Shown: positions 27,010-36,908, numbered from the stretch's first letter. The stretch: 64,000 bases of DNA from Lachnospiraceae bacterium (GCA_028692055.1 JAQUYA010000003.1:1036-65035), one strand, 5' to 3'. The notes: a model not told the origin generated them from the letters alone. Made by a program: numbers and translations.

Positions 27010-27023
27010 AGGAGGGTTTTAAA

Positions 27024-28079
27024 ATGAAGAAGAAATTATTAGGAACATTGGTATGCATCGCTATGGTATCTTCCATGTTAGTTGGATGTGGCAGCACAGC
27101 AGCAACAGAAGCACCTGCAACAGAGGCACCTGCAACAGAAGAAGCTGCACCTACAGCTGATGCAGCAACAGAAGCAGCTACAGAGGAAGCAGCAGCTCCA
27201 GCAGCAGACGGAGAATTAATTAAGGTAGGTATCATTAACAACGATCCAAATGAATCTGGATATCGTACAGCTAATGATAAAGATATGAAGAACATGTTCA
27301 CAGAAGAAAACGGATACGAAGCATCTTTTGCTTATAGCTTAAAAAATGATGAGCAGATCACAGCAGCTCAGAAATTTATCCAGGATGGTGTAGATTACCT
27401 TCTCCTTTCCGCAGCTGATACAGCAGGCTGGGATTCTGTATTACAGGATGCAGCAGATGCAGGTGTTAGAGTTATTTTATTCGACCGTACAATTGATGCA
27501 GACGAAAGCCTTTACGAAGCTTCCATCGTTTCTGATATGGCAAAAGAAGGCGAAACAGCAGTTGAATGGTTGAAATCACAAGGTCTTGATGAATACAACG
27601 TAATTCATATCCAGGGTGTTATGGGCTCTGCAGCTCAAAAAGGACGTTCAGGAGCACTTGACGCAGCAGGCTTCAATATTGTTACACAACAGACTGCTGA
27701 GTGGAATGCAGAAAAAGCACAGCAAATTGTTCAGTCTGTTATTGATTCAGGCGAATCTTTCAACGTAATCTATGCGGAAAATGATGATATGGCAAAAGGT
27801 GCGGTAGCAGCACTTGACAAAGCAAACATTTCTCATGGTGTTGGCAAAGACGTAATCGTTATGGGATTTGACTGCAATAAATGGGCATTAGAAGAATTAT
27901 TAGCACAAAACTGGAACTATGATGGACAATGTAACCCATTCCAGGCTTCTTATATTGACAGCATTATCAAAGATATCCAAAGAGGAAAAGCTATGACTGA
28001 AAAAACAATTATTATGGATGAAAAAGGATTTGATGCTACTACCATTACACAGGAAGATGTTGATAACTACGGCATCTAA
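27024..28079 (+). CDS. Sugar ABC transporter substrate-binding lipoprotein (type I PBP, YtfQ/RbsB-like)
   Basis: Lipobox LVGC, an Ala/Thr/Glu/Pro-rich tether, then a periplasmic-binding-protein fold (KVGIINNDPNESGYRT..., YAENDDMAKGA). Confidence 0.8.
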   Translation: MKKKLLGTLVCIAMVSSMLVGCGSTAATEAPATEAPATEEAAPTADAATEAATEEAAAPAADGELIKVGIINNDPNESGYRTANDKDMKNMFTEENGYEASFAYSLKNDEQITAAQKFIQDGVDYLLLSAADTAGWDSVLQDAADAGVRVILFDRTIDADESLYEASIVSDMAKEGETAVEWLKSQGLDEYNVIHIQGVMGSAAQKGRSGALDAAGFNIVTQQTAEWNAEKAQQIVQSVIDSGESFNVIYAENDDMAKGAVAALDKANISHGVGKDVIVMGFDCNKWALEELLAQNWNYDGQCNPFQASYIDSIIKDIQRGKAMTEKTIIMDEKGFDATTITQEDVDNYGI

Positions 28080-28121
28080 TGAGATTTTAGTTTTGAAAAA
28101 GAAAGTAGCGATTTAAAATGA

Positions 28122-28162
28122 CGCGGCGCAGAGTAAATGATAATTTGTTCACCTGCGTCGCG
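28122..28162 (+). promoter_or_regulatory. Intercistronic GC-rich stem-loop after the binding-protein gene
   Basis: CGCGGCGCAG-N21-CTGCGTCGCG. This fits the common mRNA-stabilising or partial-terminator hairpin that raises SBP stoichiometry in ABC operons. Confidence 0.45.
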
Positions 28163-28219
28163 ATTCTTATGTTTGGAATGCTTGAAATAGAAAAAAGAAA
28201 GTAGGAGGCGAATCCACTG

Positions 28220-29734
28220 GTGAAAGATAAAGCAGTTTTGGAGATGAAAAATATTCATAAGAATTTCCCTGGAGTGCGTGCGTTGCAAGGAGTAGATTTC
28301 ACCCTTTGCGAAGGTGAGATTCATGCATTGATGGGGGAAAATGGAGCTGGGAAATCAACCTTGATTAAGGTATTGACTGGTGTCTATGGAAAAGATGAAG
28401 GACAGATTTTTATCAAAGGCAGGGAAGATGAAATCCTAATCAAATCGCCTGAAGAAGCACAAAAAGCAGGTATTAGTACTGTTTATCAGGAAATTACTCT
28501 TTGCCTAAACCTTACGGTTGCAGAAAATATGTTTATTGGACGTGAAAACAATGTGTATCAGAATTGGGAAAAAATGAATACTGATACCACTAAAATATTA
28601 AAATCACTAGATATTCAGGCAGAAGCTACACAGGAGCTTGGTAGTTGTTCCATAGCAGTACAGCAGATGGTTGCAATTGCAAGAGCGGTTGATATGGAGT
28701 GTAAGGTACTTATCTTAGATGAGCCGACCTCTTCTCTGGATGAGCAGGAAGTAGAAAAGCTGTTCAAATTAATGAGGGATTTACGGGCAAAGGGAGTTGG
28801 GATTATCTTTGTTACACACTTTCTTGATCAGGTATATGAGGTATGCGATAAGATTACTGTGCTTCGAGATGGAAAACTGGTTGGTGAATATGAAATCAAT
28901 GATTTGCCGCGTGTAAAGCTTGTTTCTAAGATGCTGGGCAAGGATTTGGATGAAAAAACAGAAGAAAGTAAAAAATATCGTATTTATGAAAAAAAATCTG
29001 GGGCAGTGCCGGTTATAGAAACCGAAGGGCTGTATAGTAATGGTGGAATTAAGCCTTTTGATTTCAATATCTATAAAGGGGAAGTAAATGGTTTTACTGG
29101 TCTTCTGGGTTCTGGAAGAAGTGAATGTGTGCGTGCTATTTTTGGTGCCGATGGCATCTTAGGTGGTACCATGAAAAAAAATGGAAAAACGGTTAAAATT
29201 ACAAAACCAATTGATGCTATGAAGAATGGAATTGGATATCTTCCAGAGGATCGTAAGGTGGACGGAATTATCGGTGACCTCTCGGTACGTGATAATATTA
29301 TCTTTGCATTACAGGTATTGCGGGGATTTTTCAAACCATTTACCAAAGCGGAAGCAAACAAATTTGCAGACGAATATATTAAACTTTTGGGAATCAAAAC
29401 AGCTTCTGCAAATACACCTATCAAATCTCTGTCCGGTGGTAATCAGCAGAAATGTATCCTTGCGCGCTGGCTGCTTACAAATCCAGAATATCTGATTTTG
29501 GATGAGCCAACCCGAGGTATTGATATTGGTACCAAAACAGAAATTCAAAAATTAGTGCTTAAATTGGCAGGAGAGGGAATGAGTATTACCTTTATTTCTT
29601 CTGAAATTGATGAAATGCTTGGAACCTGTTCACGTCTGGTAGTTATGCGTGACCGTAAGGTAGTAGGTGAACTTTCCGGTGAGGAACTGTCCCAGAGCAT
29701 GATTATGAGTACCATTGCCGGAGGTGAAAAATAA
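28220..29734 (+). CDS. Sugar ABC transporter ATP-binding protein (duplicated ABC domains)
   Basis: Walker A GENGAGKST, signature LSGGNQQK and a second nucleotide-binding half. GTG start 9 nt after GGAGG. Confidence 0.85.
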   Translation: MKDKAVLEMKNIHKNFPGVRALQGVDFTLCEGEIHALMGENGAGKSTLIKVLTGVYGKDEGQIFIKGREDEILIKSPEEAQKAGISTVYQEITLCLNLTVAENMFIGRENNVYQNWEKMNTDTTKILKSLDIQAEATQELGSCSIAVQQMVAIARAVDMECKVLILDEPTSSLDEQEVEKLFKLMRDLRAKGVGIIFVTHFLDQVYEVCDKITVLRDGKLVGEYEINDLPRVKLVSKMLGKDLDEKTEESKKYRIYEKKSGAVPVIETEGLYSNGGIKPFDFNIYKGEVNGFTGLLGSGRSECVRAIFGADGILGGTMKKNGKTVKITKPIDAMKNGIGYLPEDRKVDGIIGDLSVRDNIIFALQVLRGFFKPFTKAEANKFADEYIKLLGIKTASANTPIKSLSGGNQQKCILARWLLTNPEYLILDEPTRGIDIGTKTEIQKLVLKLAGEGMSITFISSEIDEMLGTCSRLVVMRDRKVVGELSGEELSQSMIMSTIAGGEK

Positions 29735-29736
29735 TA

Positions 29737-30825
29737 ATGCAGACAAAAAAAGCAAATAAATTAACTGTTTCAGAACTCTTCGGGAAGCTATTAAGTCAAC
29801 AGATTTTTATTCCGATTGCAGCATTGCTGTTGCTTGCAATTTTTAACCTGATTGCAGATCCTTCCTTTTATAAAATTACATATGGGATAAACAGTGCGGG
29901 AGCACCGGTATTATCAGGGTATTTAATGACTATTTTAGACTATGGTTCTGAGCTTGCCATCCTTGCGGTTGGTATGACACTGGTCACGGCAGCATCAGGT
30001 GGACAGGATATCAGTGTTGGCGCAACTATTGCGATTGCCGGCAGTGTAATTCTAAGAGTACTCTGTGGTACCAATTCAAGACCGGATACCTTACAGGCAC
30101 CGATTATAGTAGCATTCCTGGTAGCATGTGTAGTTGCCATGATATTTGGCGCATTTAATGGTGTGCTGGTGGCATATTTTAAGATTCAGCCGATGGTTGC
30201 AACATTGATTTTATTTACGGCAGGACGTTCGATTGCTGCCTGGATTAATAACAATGAGCTTCCGATTATCAGCGACCCTGTGTTTAGCTATTTTGGGGGA
30301 TTTATACCTGGAATACCAATTCCAACCCCGTTTTTCATTGCAGCGGCAGTTGTAGCTGTAGCGGCACTTGCTTTGAAATTTACCAACCTTGGTTTATATA
30401 CACAGGCAGTTGGTATTAATGAAAGCTCCTCCAGACTGAACGGTCTGAATCCGGCTTTTATCAAGTTCCTATCCTTTGTAATACTTGGCTTATGTGTTGC
30501 AGTTGCTGCCCTGATTAAAGTAAGCCGTTTGTCTTCCATTAATTATTCAGTAATAGCAAAAGATATTGAAATGGATGCGATTCTTGCAGTTGCACTTGGT
30601 GGAAATGCATTAAGTGGCGGTAAATTTAATCTGACGGCATCTATTATGGGCGCATATGTTATTCAGTTCCTAACAACGACCTTGTACAAATTTAACGTAC
30701 AATCGGATGCACTGCCAGCTTATAAGGCGGTAGTTGTTATCTTCCTGGTAGTAATCAGTTCCTCTGTTGTAAGAGATTATCTTAGAAATATTGGTTCTAA
30801 AATATCCAAGAAGGGGGTGGCTTAA
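29737..30825 (+). CDS. Sugar ABC transporter permease (YtfT/RbsC-like)
   Basis: 362-aa polytopic protein of the BPD_transp_2 type. Confidence 0.8.
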   Translation: MQTKKANKLTVSELFGKLLSQQIFIPIAALLLLAIFNLIADPSFYKITYGINSAGAPVLSGYLMTILDYGSELAILAVGMTLVTAASGGQDISVGATIAIAGSVILRVLCGTNSRPDTLQAPIIVAFLVACVVAMIFGAFNGVLVAYFKIQPMVATLILFTAGRSIAAWINNNELPIISDPVFSYFGGFIPGIPIPTPFFIAAAVVAVAALALKFTNLGLYTQAVGINESSSRLNGLNPAFIKFLSFVILGLCVAVAALIKVSRLSSINYSVIAKDIEMDAILAVALGGNALSGGKFNLTASIMGAYVIQFLTTTLYKFNVQSDALPAYKAVVVIFLVVISSSVVRDYLRNIGSKISKKGVA

Positions 30826-30826
30826 G

Positions 30827-31837
30827 ATGCAGAAAAAAAGAAAAACACTTACCGATGCCAATTTATTATTAACGATTACTATCGTCGTTTTTTTCCTCAT
30901 GTATATTGGTGCGATTCTTTTTCAGGGAAAAGGCTTCTTAAAACCTCAGACCTTCTTTAATATTCTGAATGCCAATGCTGCTTTGCTAATATTGTCCTGC
31001 GGTATGAGTGTGGTTATGATTACCGGTGGTATTGATATTTCTGTTGGCGGTGTTACGGCGCTGGTTAGTATGTGCTGTGCCGTATACCTGGATTATCATA
31101 ATGGAAATGTATTAGGGGCTGTAGCAATTGCACTGGCAATTGGTCTTGCATTTGGAATAGTACAGGGATTTTTAGTTGCTTATTTGGATATTCAGCCATT
31201 TATCGTTTCATTAGCAGGGATGTTCTTTGCCCGTGGTATGACAACCATTGTAAATACCAACCCTTTCAACGTAGCCAATGAAGAATTTGTTGCCTTAAAA
31301 AATGTTCGAATTATCATACCGGGAATGGGTTCTTTAAATAAGCTTGGCAAATATGTAAATGCATATGTGGAAATCGGCGTTATTATTGCAATTCTCGTAG
31401 TTATCATTTTGTTCTGTGTCTTAAAATGGACCAGACTTGGACGTTTCTTTTATGCGGTGGGCGGTAATAGTCAAAGTGCATTAATGCTTGGCATAAATGT
31501 AAAGAGAACGAAATTTTTATCCCATTTGTTATGTAGTCTGTTAGCAGGAATTGGTGGATTTGTATATTTCATGCATGTAGGATCGGGAGCGGCTTCTCAT
31601 GCAATGGGAGCCGAGATGAATGCCATTGCAAGCTCCATTATTGGTGGAACGATGTTAACGGGTGGTGTGGGTAATATTATTGGTACATTCTTTGGAGTGC
31701 TTTCACTGAGTACCATTCAGAATATTGTGTCTTCCGCAGGTCTGGATCAGGCATGGTGGACAGGAATCACGATTGCTGCAATGCTTTGTCTATTCCTTGT
31801 AATACAAAGTGTTGTTATGGCACGTAAGAAAAAATAG
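30827..31837 (+). CDS. Sugar ABC transporter permease (YjfF-like)
   Basis: Second BPD_transp_2-type permease. Start set at ATG 30827 after GGGGGTGG, 1 nt after the preceding stop. Confidence 0.8.
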   Translation: MQKKRKTLTDANLLLTITIVVFFLMYIGAILFQGKGFLKPQTFFNILNANAALLILSCGMSVVMITGGIDISVGGVTALVSMCCAVYLDYHNGNVLGAVAIALAIGLAFGIVQGFLVAYLDIQPFIVSLAGMFFARGMTTIVNTNPFNVANEEFVALKNVRIIIPGMGSLNKLGKYVNAYVEIGVIIAILVVIILFCVLKWTRLGRFFYAVGGNSQSALMLGINVKRTKFLSHLLCSLLAGIGGFVYFMHVGSGAASHAMGAEMNAIASSIIGGTMLTGGVGNIIGTFFGVLSLSTIQNIVSSAGLDQAWWTGITIAAMLCLFLVIQSVVMARKKK

Positions 31838-31846
31838 TAAAAGAAT

Positions 31847-31909
31847 GAAATAGAAAGGGATCATATTGATATCCGTTAAAAGATATCAATATGGTCTTTT
31901 TTCTATTTC
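31847..31909 (+). terminator. Long terminator-like hairpin after the ABC operon
   Basis: GAAATAGAAAGGGATCATATTGATATC ... GATATCAATATGGTCTTTTTTCTATTTC, with a T-run further downstream. Confidence 0.5.
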
Positions 31910-31991
31910 ATCCTTTGCTTTTTTGGCATAGTCTTTACTTGCAACAAAGGCTATGCTAGAATAATTTAAGATGAGTATTAAGGGGAAGCAT

Positions 31992-33062
31992 ATGAAAAAA
32001 TTATTGGTATTGTTGGGAATTATAGTACTTTGTTTATTGGCAGTTGGATATTTTGGGAGTGTTACGCCAGTAGAAAATATAGCAGGTATGGAGGATGAGG
32101 TTCCTGGTGATGGAATTGTTGTTGGATTTTCTCAGCTAGGGGCAGAGTCTGACTGGAGAACTGCAAATACAGAATCTATGAAATCTACCTTTAGTGAGGA
32201 AAAAGGATATGAATTTTTATTTGATGATGCACAACAAAAGCAGGAAAATCAGATAAAAGCAATCCGCAATTTTATCCTGCAGGAGGTAGACTACATTGTA
32301 TTAGCACCTGTGACAGAAACAGGTTGGGATACGGTATTGCAGGAGGCTAAAGATGCGGGCATTCCGGTAATTATTGTAGACCGTATGGTAGATGTAGCGG
32401 ATAACCGTTTATTTACGGCATGGGTTGGATCTGATTTTGAACTGGAAGGGAAAAAAGCCTGTGAATGGTTGCATGCTTATACAAAATTAAAGAGCATTCC
32501 TGCCGAGAATATCCATATTGTAAATATTCAGGGAACAATAGGTGCTTCTGCACAAATTGGACGAACAGCAAGCCTTAGAAGAGCAGCAAAAGATTATGGC
32601 TGGGATTTGCTGGCAGAGGAATCAGGGGAGTATACACAGGCGAAAGCAAGAGAAGTTATGGGTTCGTTTTTAAAGCAATATGATAACATAAATGTTGTTT
32701 ATTGCGAAAATGATAATGAGGCATTTGGTGCAATTGAGGCAATTGAGAATGCAGGAAAACGTGTAGGTAAGGATATTGAAAGTGGAGAAATCATGATAAT
32801 GTCATTTGATTCGACCAATGCAGGCCTAACCGATGTATTGGAAGGGAAAATTGCTTTAAATATAGAATGCAATCCATTGCATGGACCAAGAGTGCAATCC
32901 ATCATTGAAACCCTTGAAACGGGTGGAACACCAGACAAACAGGCATATGTGGAGGAAGATATGTTCGCAACAGATACATCTGTAACCAGTATTACAGTAA
33001 ATGGTTTCAATTATCCAGTTACAAAGCTTACGGAGGCAGTACTGAAAGAACGTACATATTAA
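31992..33062 (+). CDS. Membrane-anchored periplasmic-binding-protein homologue (probable sugar sensor partner of the kinase, XylFII-like role)
   Basis: N-terminal TM anchor without a lipobox, then a type I PBP fold (VVGFSQLGAESDWRTANT..., YCENDNEAFGA). Start set at ATG 31992 after AAGGGGA. Confidence 0.7.
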   Translation: MKKLLVLLGIIVLCLLAVGYFGSVTPVENIAGMEDEVPGDGIVVGFSQLGAESDWRTANTESMKSTFSEEKGYEFLFDDAQQKQENQIKAIRNFILQEVDYIVLAPVTETGWDTVLQEAKDAGIPVIIVDRMVDVADNRLFTAWVGSDFELEGKKACEWLHAYTKLKSIPAENIHIVNIQGTIGASAQIGRTASLRRAAKDYGWDLLAEESGEYTQAKAREVMGSFLKQYDNINVVYCENDNEAFGAIEAIENAGKRVGKDIESGEIMIMSFDSTNAGLTDVLEGKIALNIECNPLHGPRVQSIIETLETGGTPDKQAYVEEDMFATDTSVTSITVNGFNYPVTKLTEAVLKERTY

Positions 33063-33073
33063 ATGATATAAAA

Positions 33074-33116
33074 AATGAGTCACTTCAGATGTTTTGTGAA
33101 GTGACTCATTTTCTTA
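33074..33116. terminator. Bidirectional rho-independent terminator
   Basis: AATGAGTCACTTCA-N9-TGAAGTGACTCATT, a perfect 14-bp stem flanked by an A-run and a T-run. Lies between convergent genes. Confidence 0.85.
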
Positions 33117-33139
33117 TATGTCATTCTAAACAGAAAGTA

Positions 33140-34507
33140 CTATGAGCGATCTAAAATATCGGTATATTCCTGTTCGGCGGCAATTGGTTTATAGGCAGGA
33201 CGAATAATTTTACCATTGTTGGTTAATTCCTCCATACGATGAGCAGACCAGCCAACGATTCTTGCAATTGCAAAGATTGGTGTGTACAACTCCATTGGAA
33301 GACCAAGCATTTTGTATACAAAGCCGGAATAGAAATCAACATTTACACTAACGCCTTTGTAGATAGGACGTTGACCAGCAATAACCTGCGGTGCTAATTT
33401 TTCAACCAGAGAGTAGAGATTAAATTCCTTGGTTAATCCTTTTTCTTCAGACAATTTTCCAACAAAAGATTTGAAAATCACTGCTCTTGGGTCAGACTTT
33501 GAATAGATTGCATGGCCAACTCCATAGATAAGACCGGAATGATCGAAGGCCTCTTTATTTAGTAATTGATTCAGATACTGGCTTACTTCTTCCTCATCCT
33601 CCCAATTTTGAACGGCATTCATCATTTCATCAAACATCTGAACAACCTTAATGTTTGCACCACCATGTCTTGGCCCCTTTAAGGAAGCAAGAGCGGCAGC
33701 CATAGTAGAGTAGGTATCGGTTAGTGATGATGTAATAACATGAGTGGTAAAAGTCGAGTTATTACCACCACCATGTTCCATATGCAGAACTAACGCGATA
33801 TCTAAAATTTTAGCTTCCAATGGTGTATAAGAACTATCCGGACGTAAAATATGTAAAATGTTTTCAGCAGTAGATAGTTCTGGAAGTGGAGAATGAATAT
33901 AGAGGCTGTTTCCATCATGATAGTGGCTATATGCCTGATATCCATAAATCGATAATAATGGAAACAGACTGATTAACTGAAGACATTGCCTCAATACATT
34001 TGGAAGTGAGGTGTCATCTGCTTTTTCATCATAAGAGTAGAGTGTTAATACACTTCTTGCAAGTGTATTCATCATGTCCTTACTTGGTGCCTTCATAATA
34101 ATGTCACGTACAAAACTGGTTGGCAGAGTACGATAACTTGCTAGTAGTATTTTAAAATCAGAAAGTTCTTTTTCAGTAGGAAGTTTACCAAACAATAACA
34201 GATGTGCGACTTCTTCAAAGCCAAAGCGATTATCTTTTGTAAATCCTGTAACCAAATCCCGAACATTGTACCCACGGTAAAATAATTGTCCATGTGCTGG
34301 AACAGAAACCCCGTCTACCATTTCGGTTGCACGTACATCGGATATGTTGGTCAGACCGGCTAAAACACCTTTTCCATTTAAATCACGTAGTCCCCTTTTG
34401 ACATCATACTTTGTGAAAAGCTCAGAATCGATAACCCCGGAATCTTTACTGAGATTTGCTAAACGAATAATATCAGGGGTAATTTCAGAGTAGTTTTTAG
34501 TATCCAT
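33140..34507 (-). CDS. Citrate synthase
   Basis: GGGNNSTF, LKGPRHGGAN and GVGHAIYSKSDPRA catalytic motifs. Start set at ATG 34507 (MDTKNY) with a GGTGG RBS; the ORF-track GTG lies inside that RBS. Confidence 0.85.
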   Translation of the reverse strand: MDTKNYSEITPDIIRLANLSKDSGVIDSELFTKYDVKRGLRDLNGKGVLAGLTNISDVRATEMVDGVSVPAHGQLFYRGYNVRDLVTGFTKDNRFGFEEVAHLLLFGKLPTEKELSDFKILLASYRTLPTSFVRDIIMKAPSKDMMNTLARSVLTLYSYDEKADDTSLPNVLRQCLQLISLFPLLSIYGYQAYSHYHDGNSLYIHSPLPELSTAENILHILRPDSSYTPLEAKILDIALVLHMEHGGGNNSTFTTHVITSSLTDTYSTMAAALASLKGPRHGGANIKVVQMFDEMMNAVQNWEDEEEVSQYLNQLLNKEAFDHSGLIYGVGHAIYSKSDPRAVIFKSFVGKLSEEKGLTKEFNLYSLVEKLAPQVIAGQRPIYKGVSVNVDFYSGFVYKMLGLPMELYTPIFAIARIVGWSAHRMEELTNNGKIIRPAYKPIAAEQEYTDILDRS

Positions 34508-34863
34508 GAAACTTACCACCTTTCTTACATGTAAAACGCATGTACGAAGTGCTAAAACGTGAAGAAATATTTTGTGACAGGAAAATGTCCTGTCAGAGAA
34601 TATCTAAGGCTCCACACACTAGGTACAATCATTTAAATCAACTGATACAATATAAATTGTAGCATGATTTAGGAAAATCACGCAAGTTAATTGTTTAAGT
34701 TTAGAAACATTTAACAAAAATAAATAATCGCACAGATAGATTATTTTAATGATTTGTATTACTATTACGGGGAGGGTGTCAAAGATTTTTTCGGGAATGC
34801 GATTCGACACCCAGCTTTTTAATAGTAAATTTGTATAAATGATAAGAAATGGGGTGTAGTTAT

Positions 34864-36660
34864 ATGGAAAATTTAATTATAAAAGGAAGAATAGAAGCAC
34901 TTCGCAATAAAATGAGAGAACAGGGAATACATTGGTATCTGGTTCCAACCGCGGATTTTCATAATTCGGAATATGTAAATGAATATTTTAAAGCACGGGA
35001 GTTTTTGACTGGATTTACCGGCTCCAATGGAACGCTTGTTTTGTCGGAGCACGTGGCAGGCTTATGGACGGACGGAAGGTATTTCATACAGGCAGAAAAG
35101 GAATTAGAGGGAACGGAAGTTACACTGTACCGGATGTCCGAGGAAGGGGTTTTGACCATAACAGAATTTCTACAGGAGCATGTACAGGCGGGCGAGAAGA
35201 TTGGACTTGATGGAAGAGTTATTCCCGCGGCGTTGGGAAAACAATTTGCAAAGATTGCAGGGGAGAAAAAAGCAGTTCTTTGCTATGAGGAAGATATCGT
35301 GGACGCTATCTGGACCGACAGACCACCACTTCCGAAAAATAGGGTTATTCTGTTGCCGGATAAGATAAGTGGAGAAACAGTACGGGATAAATTGAAAAAG
35401 GTACACTCGAAGATGAGAGAGCTTGGAGCCGATACCTTTGTACTTGGTAAATTAGATGATATCATGTGGTTATTTAATCTGCGTGGAAGTGATATTTCCT
35501 GTAATCCAGTGGCATTATCCTATGCAATTATTACCCTGAATGCATCAATGCTTTTTGTACAGGACGGGGTAATTACAAAAGAGCAGGCAGAGAGTCTTGG
35601 AGTACCACTGCAAATAAAGTCATATGGAGATATTACGCAGGTAATTCAAACACAAATGAAAGGAAAGCGGGTTTTAACGGATATTCGAAATATAAATTAT
35701 ACAATTTTTAATAAAATAGAAGAAAATAATAAGGTTATAGAAGAAAAGAATCCAACGGATTTGTTAAAAGCTATTAAAAACCCAATAGAGATTCAAAATA
35801 TTCGTGAGACGTATCTGAAAGACAGTGTAGCTGTTACAAAATTTATTTACTGGGTAAAGAAAATTATTAGAAACAAAACAATCACAGAAGTAGAGGCAGC
35901 GGATTATCTGGATTCCTTACGACGACAAATCCCAGGTTTTTTGGATTTGTCATTTGAAACAATCAGCGCTTATAAAGAAAACGCAGCAATGATGCATTAC
36001 ACGGCAACACCTGCAAATACAAAGGTATTGGAACCGGAAGGCATGCTTCTTGTGGATTCGGGAGCACAGTATATGGGTGGAACAACGGATGTTACCAGAA
36101 CCATTTGCCTGGGAGCGATTTCCTCAAAAGCAAAAATGCATTTTACCTACGTATGCATGGGAATGTTGAATTTATTAAATGCACGTTTTCTATATGGTTG
36201 TACCGGATGTAATCTGGATATTCTGGCTCGGGAGTTATTGTGGAGCATTGACACAGATTATAAATGTGGAACAGGGCATGGAATTGGTTATATTTTAAAT
36301 GTACACGAAGGACCACAGAGTATTCGCTGGCATAGTGCTGCACAGGGAGATGACACTGCCTTTGAAGCAGGCATGCTTGTAAGCAATGAACCAGGAGTAT
36401 ATATAGAAGATGAATATGGAATCCGTATTGAAAATATTATGTTATGCCAAAAGGGAAATAAAAATAAAGACGGACAGTTTATGTATTTTGAACCGTTGAC
36501 TTTTGTTCCAATCGATAGAGAAGCAATGGATATATCACTTATGACAAAGAAGGATATGGTACGATTCAATCAATATCATAAGGACGTGTATGAAAAGATA
36601 AGTCCATTTTTAGATGAGAAAGAGAGGATATGGCTGAAAGAAGCAACCCAACCATTTTAA
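34864..36660 (+). CDS. Xaa-Pro aminopeptidase (M24B, aminopeptidase P family)
   Basis: Creatinase-like N-domain and M24 metal ligands (DSGAQY, DVTRT, GHGIGYILNVHEGP, SNEPGVY, GIRIEN). Confidence 0.85.
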   Translation: MENLIIKGRIEALRNKMREQGIHWYLVPTADFHNSEYVNEYFKAREFLTGFTGSNGTLVLSEHVAGLWTDGRYFIQAEKELEGTEVTLYRMSEEGVLTITEFLQEHVQAGEKIGLDGRVIPAALGKQFAKIAGEKKAVLCYEEDIVDAIWTDRPPLPKNRVILLPDKISGETVRDKLKKVHSKMRELGADTFVLGKLDDIMWLFNLRGSDISCNPVALSYAIITLNASMLFVQDGVITKEQAESLGVPLQIKSYGDITQVIQTQMKGKRVLTDIRNINYTIFNKIEENNKVIEEKNPTDLLKAIKNPIEIQNIRETYLKDSVAVTKFIYWVKKIIRNKTITEVEAADYLDSLRRQIPGFLDLSFETISAYKENAAMMHYTATPANTKVLEPEGMLLVDSGAQYMGGTTDVTRTICLGAISSKAKMHFTYVCMGMLNLLNARFLYGCTGCNLDILARELLWSIDTDYKCGTGHGIGYILNVHEGPQSIRWHSAAQGDDTAFEAGMLVSNEPGVYIEDEYGIRIENIMLCQKGNKNKDGQFMYFEPLTFVPIDREAMDISLMTKKDMVRFNQYHKDVYEKISPFLDEKERIWLKEATQPF

Positions 36661-36717
36661 CTATAATAGTATAGAGAAAGAATTAATTTGAAAGTGAAAG
36701 AATCTGTTGAAAAGGTT

Positions 36718-36748
36718 ATTTTATGAATATGTTAAATATTCATAAAAT
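36718..36748. promoter_or_regulatory. 13-bp perfect palindrome upstream of the pckA promoter
   Basis: ATTTTATGAATAT-GTTAA-ATATTCATAAAAT. No T-run follows on either strand. It ends 24 nt upstream of the -35. Confidence 0.35.
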
Positions 36749-36771
36749 ACGGAAAAAAGATGTAAGATAAC

Positions 36772-36800
36772 TTGACTTTTAAGAAGTGTTTTGAGATAAT
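36772..36800 (+). promoter_or_regulatory. Sigma-A type promoter of pckA
   Basis: TTGACT, 17-nt spacer, GATAAT. Confidence 0.55.
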
Positions 36801-36908
36801 ATAGCAGATGTACTGGGAAATTAGTACAAGTTATGCGAAAAACCACAAATCGTTTTATGAGATGTGGTAAAAAATACACATTTAATTATTTTAAGGAGGA
36901 TGTATTAT

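Noticed and set aside
27008-27301. 97-aa minus-strand ORF rich in Ala/Ser/Val.
   Set aside because: It is the mirror image of the Ala/Thr/Glu/Pro-rich tether of the SBP lipoprotein on the + strand, so it is a compositional artefact.
34775-34821. Terminator-like hairpin (GGGTGTC...GACACCC followed by AGCTTTTT) 43 nt upstream of the aminopeptidase P start, in the divergent citrate synthase/pepP spacer.
   Set aside because: I could not find a convincing promoter upstream of it on the + strand, and the 25-nt loop makes it a weak structure. The evidence is insufficient to call an attenuator or sRNA.
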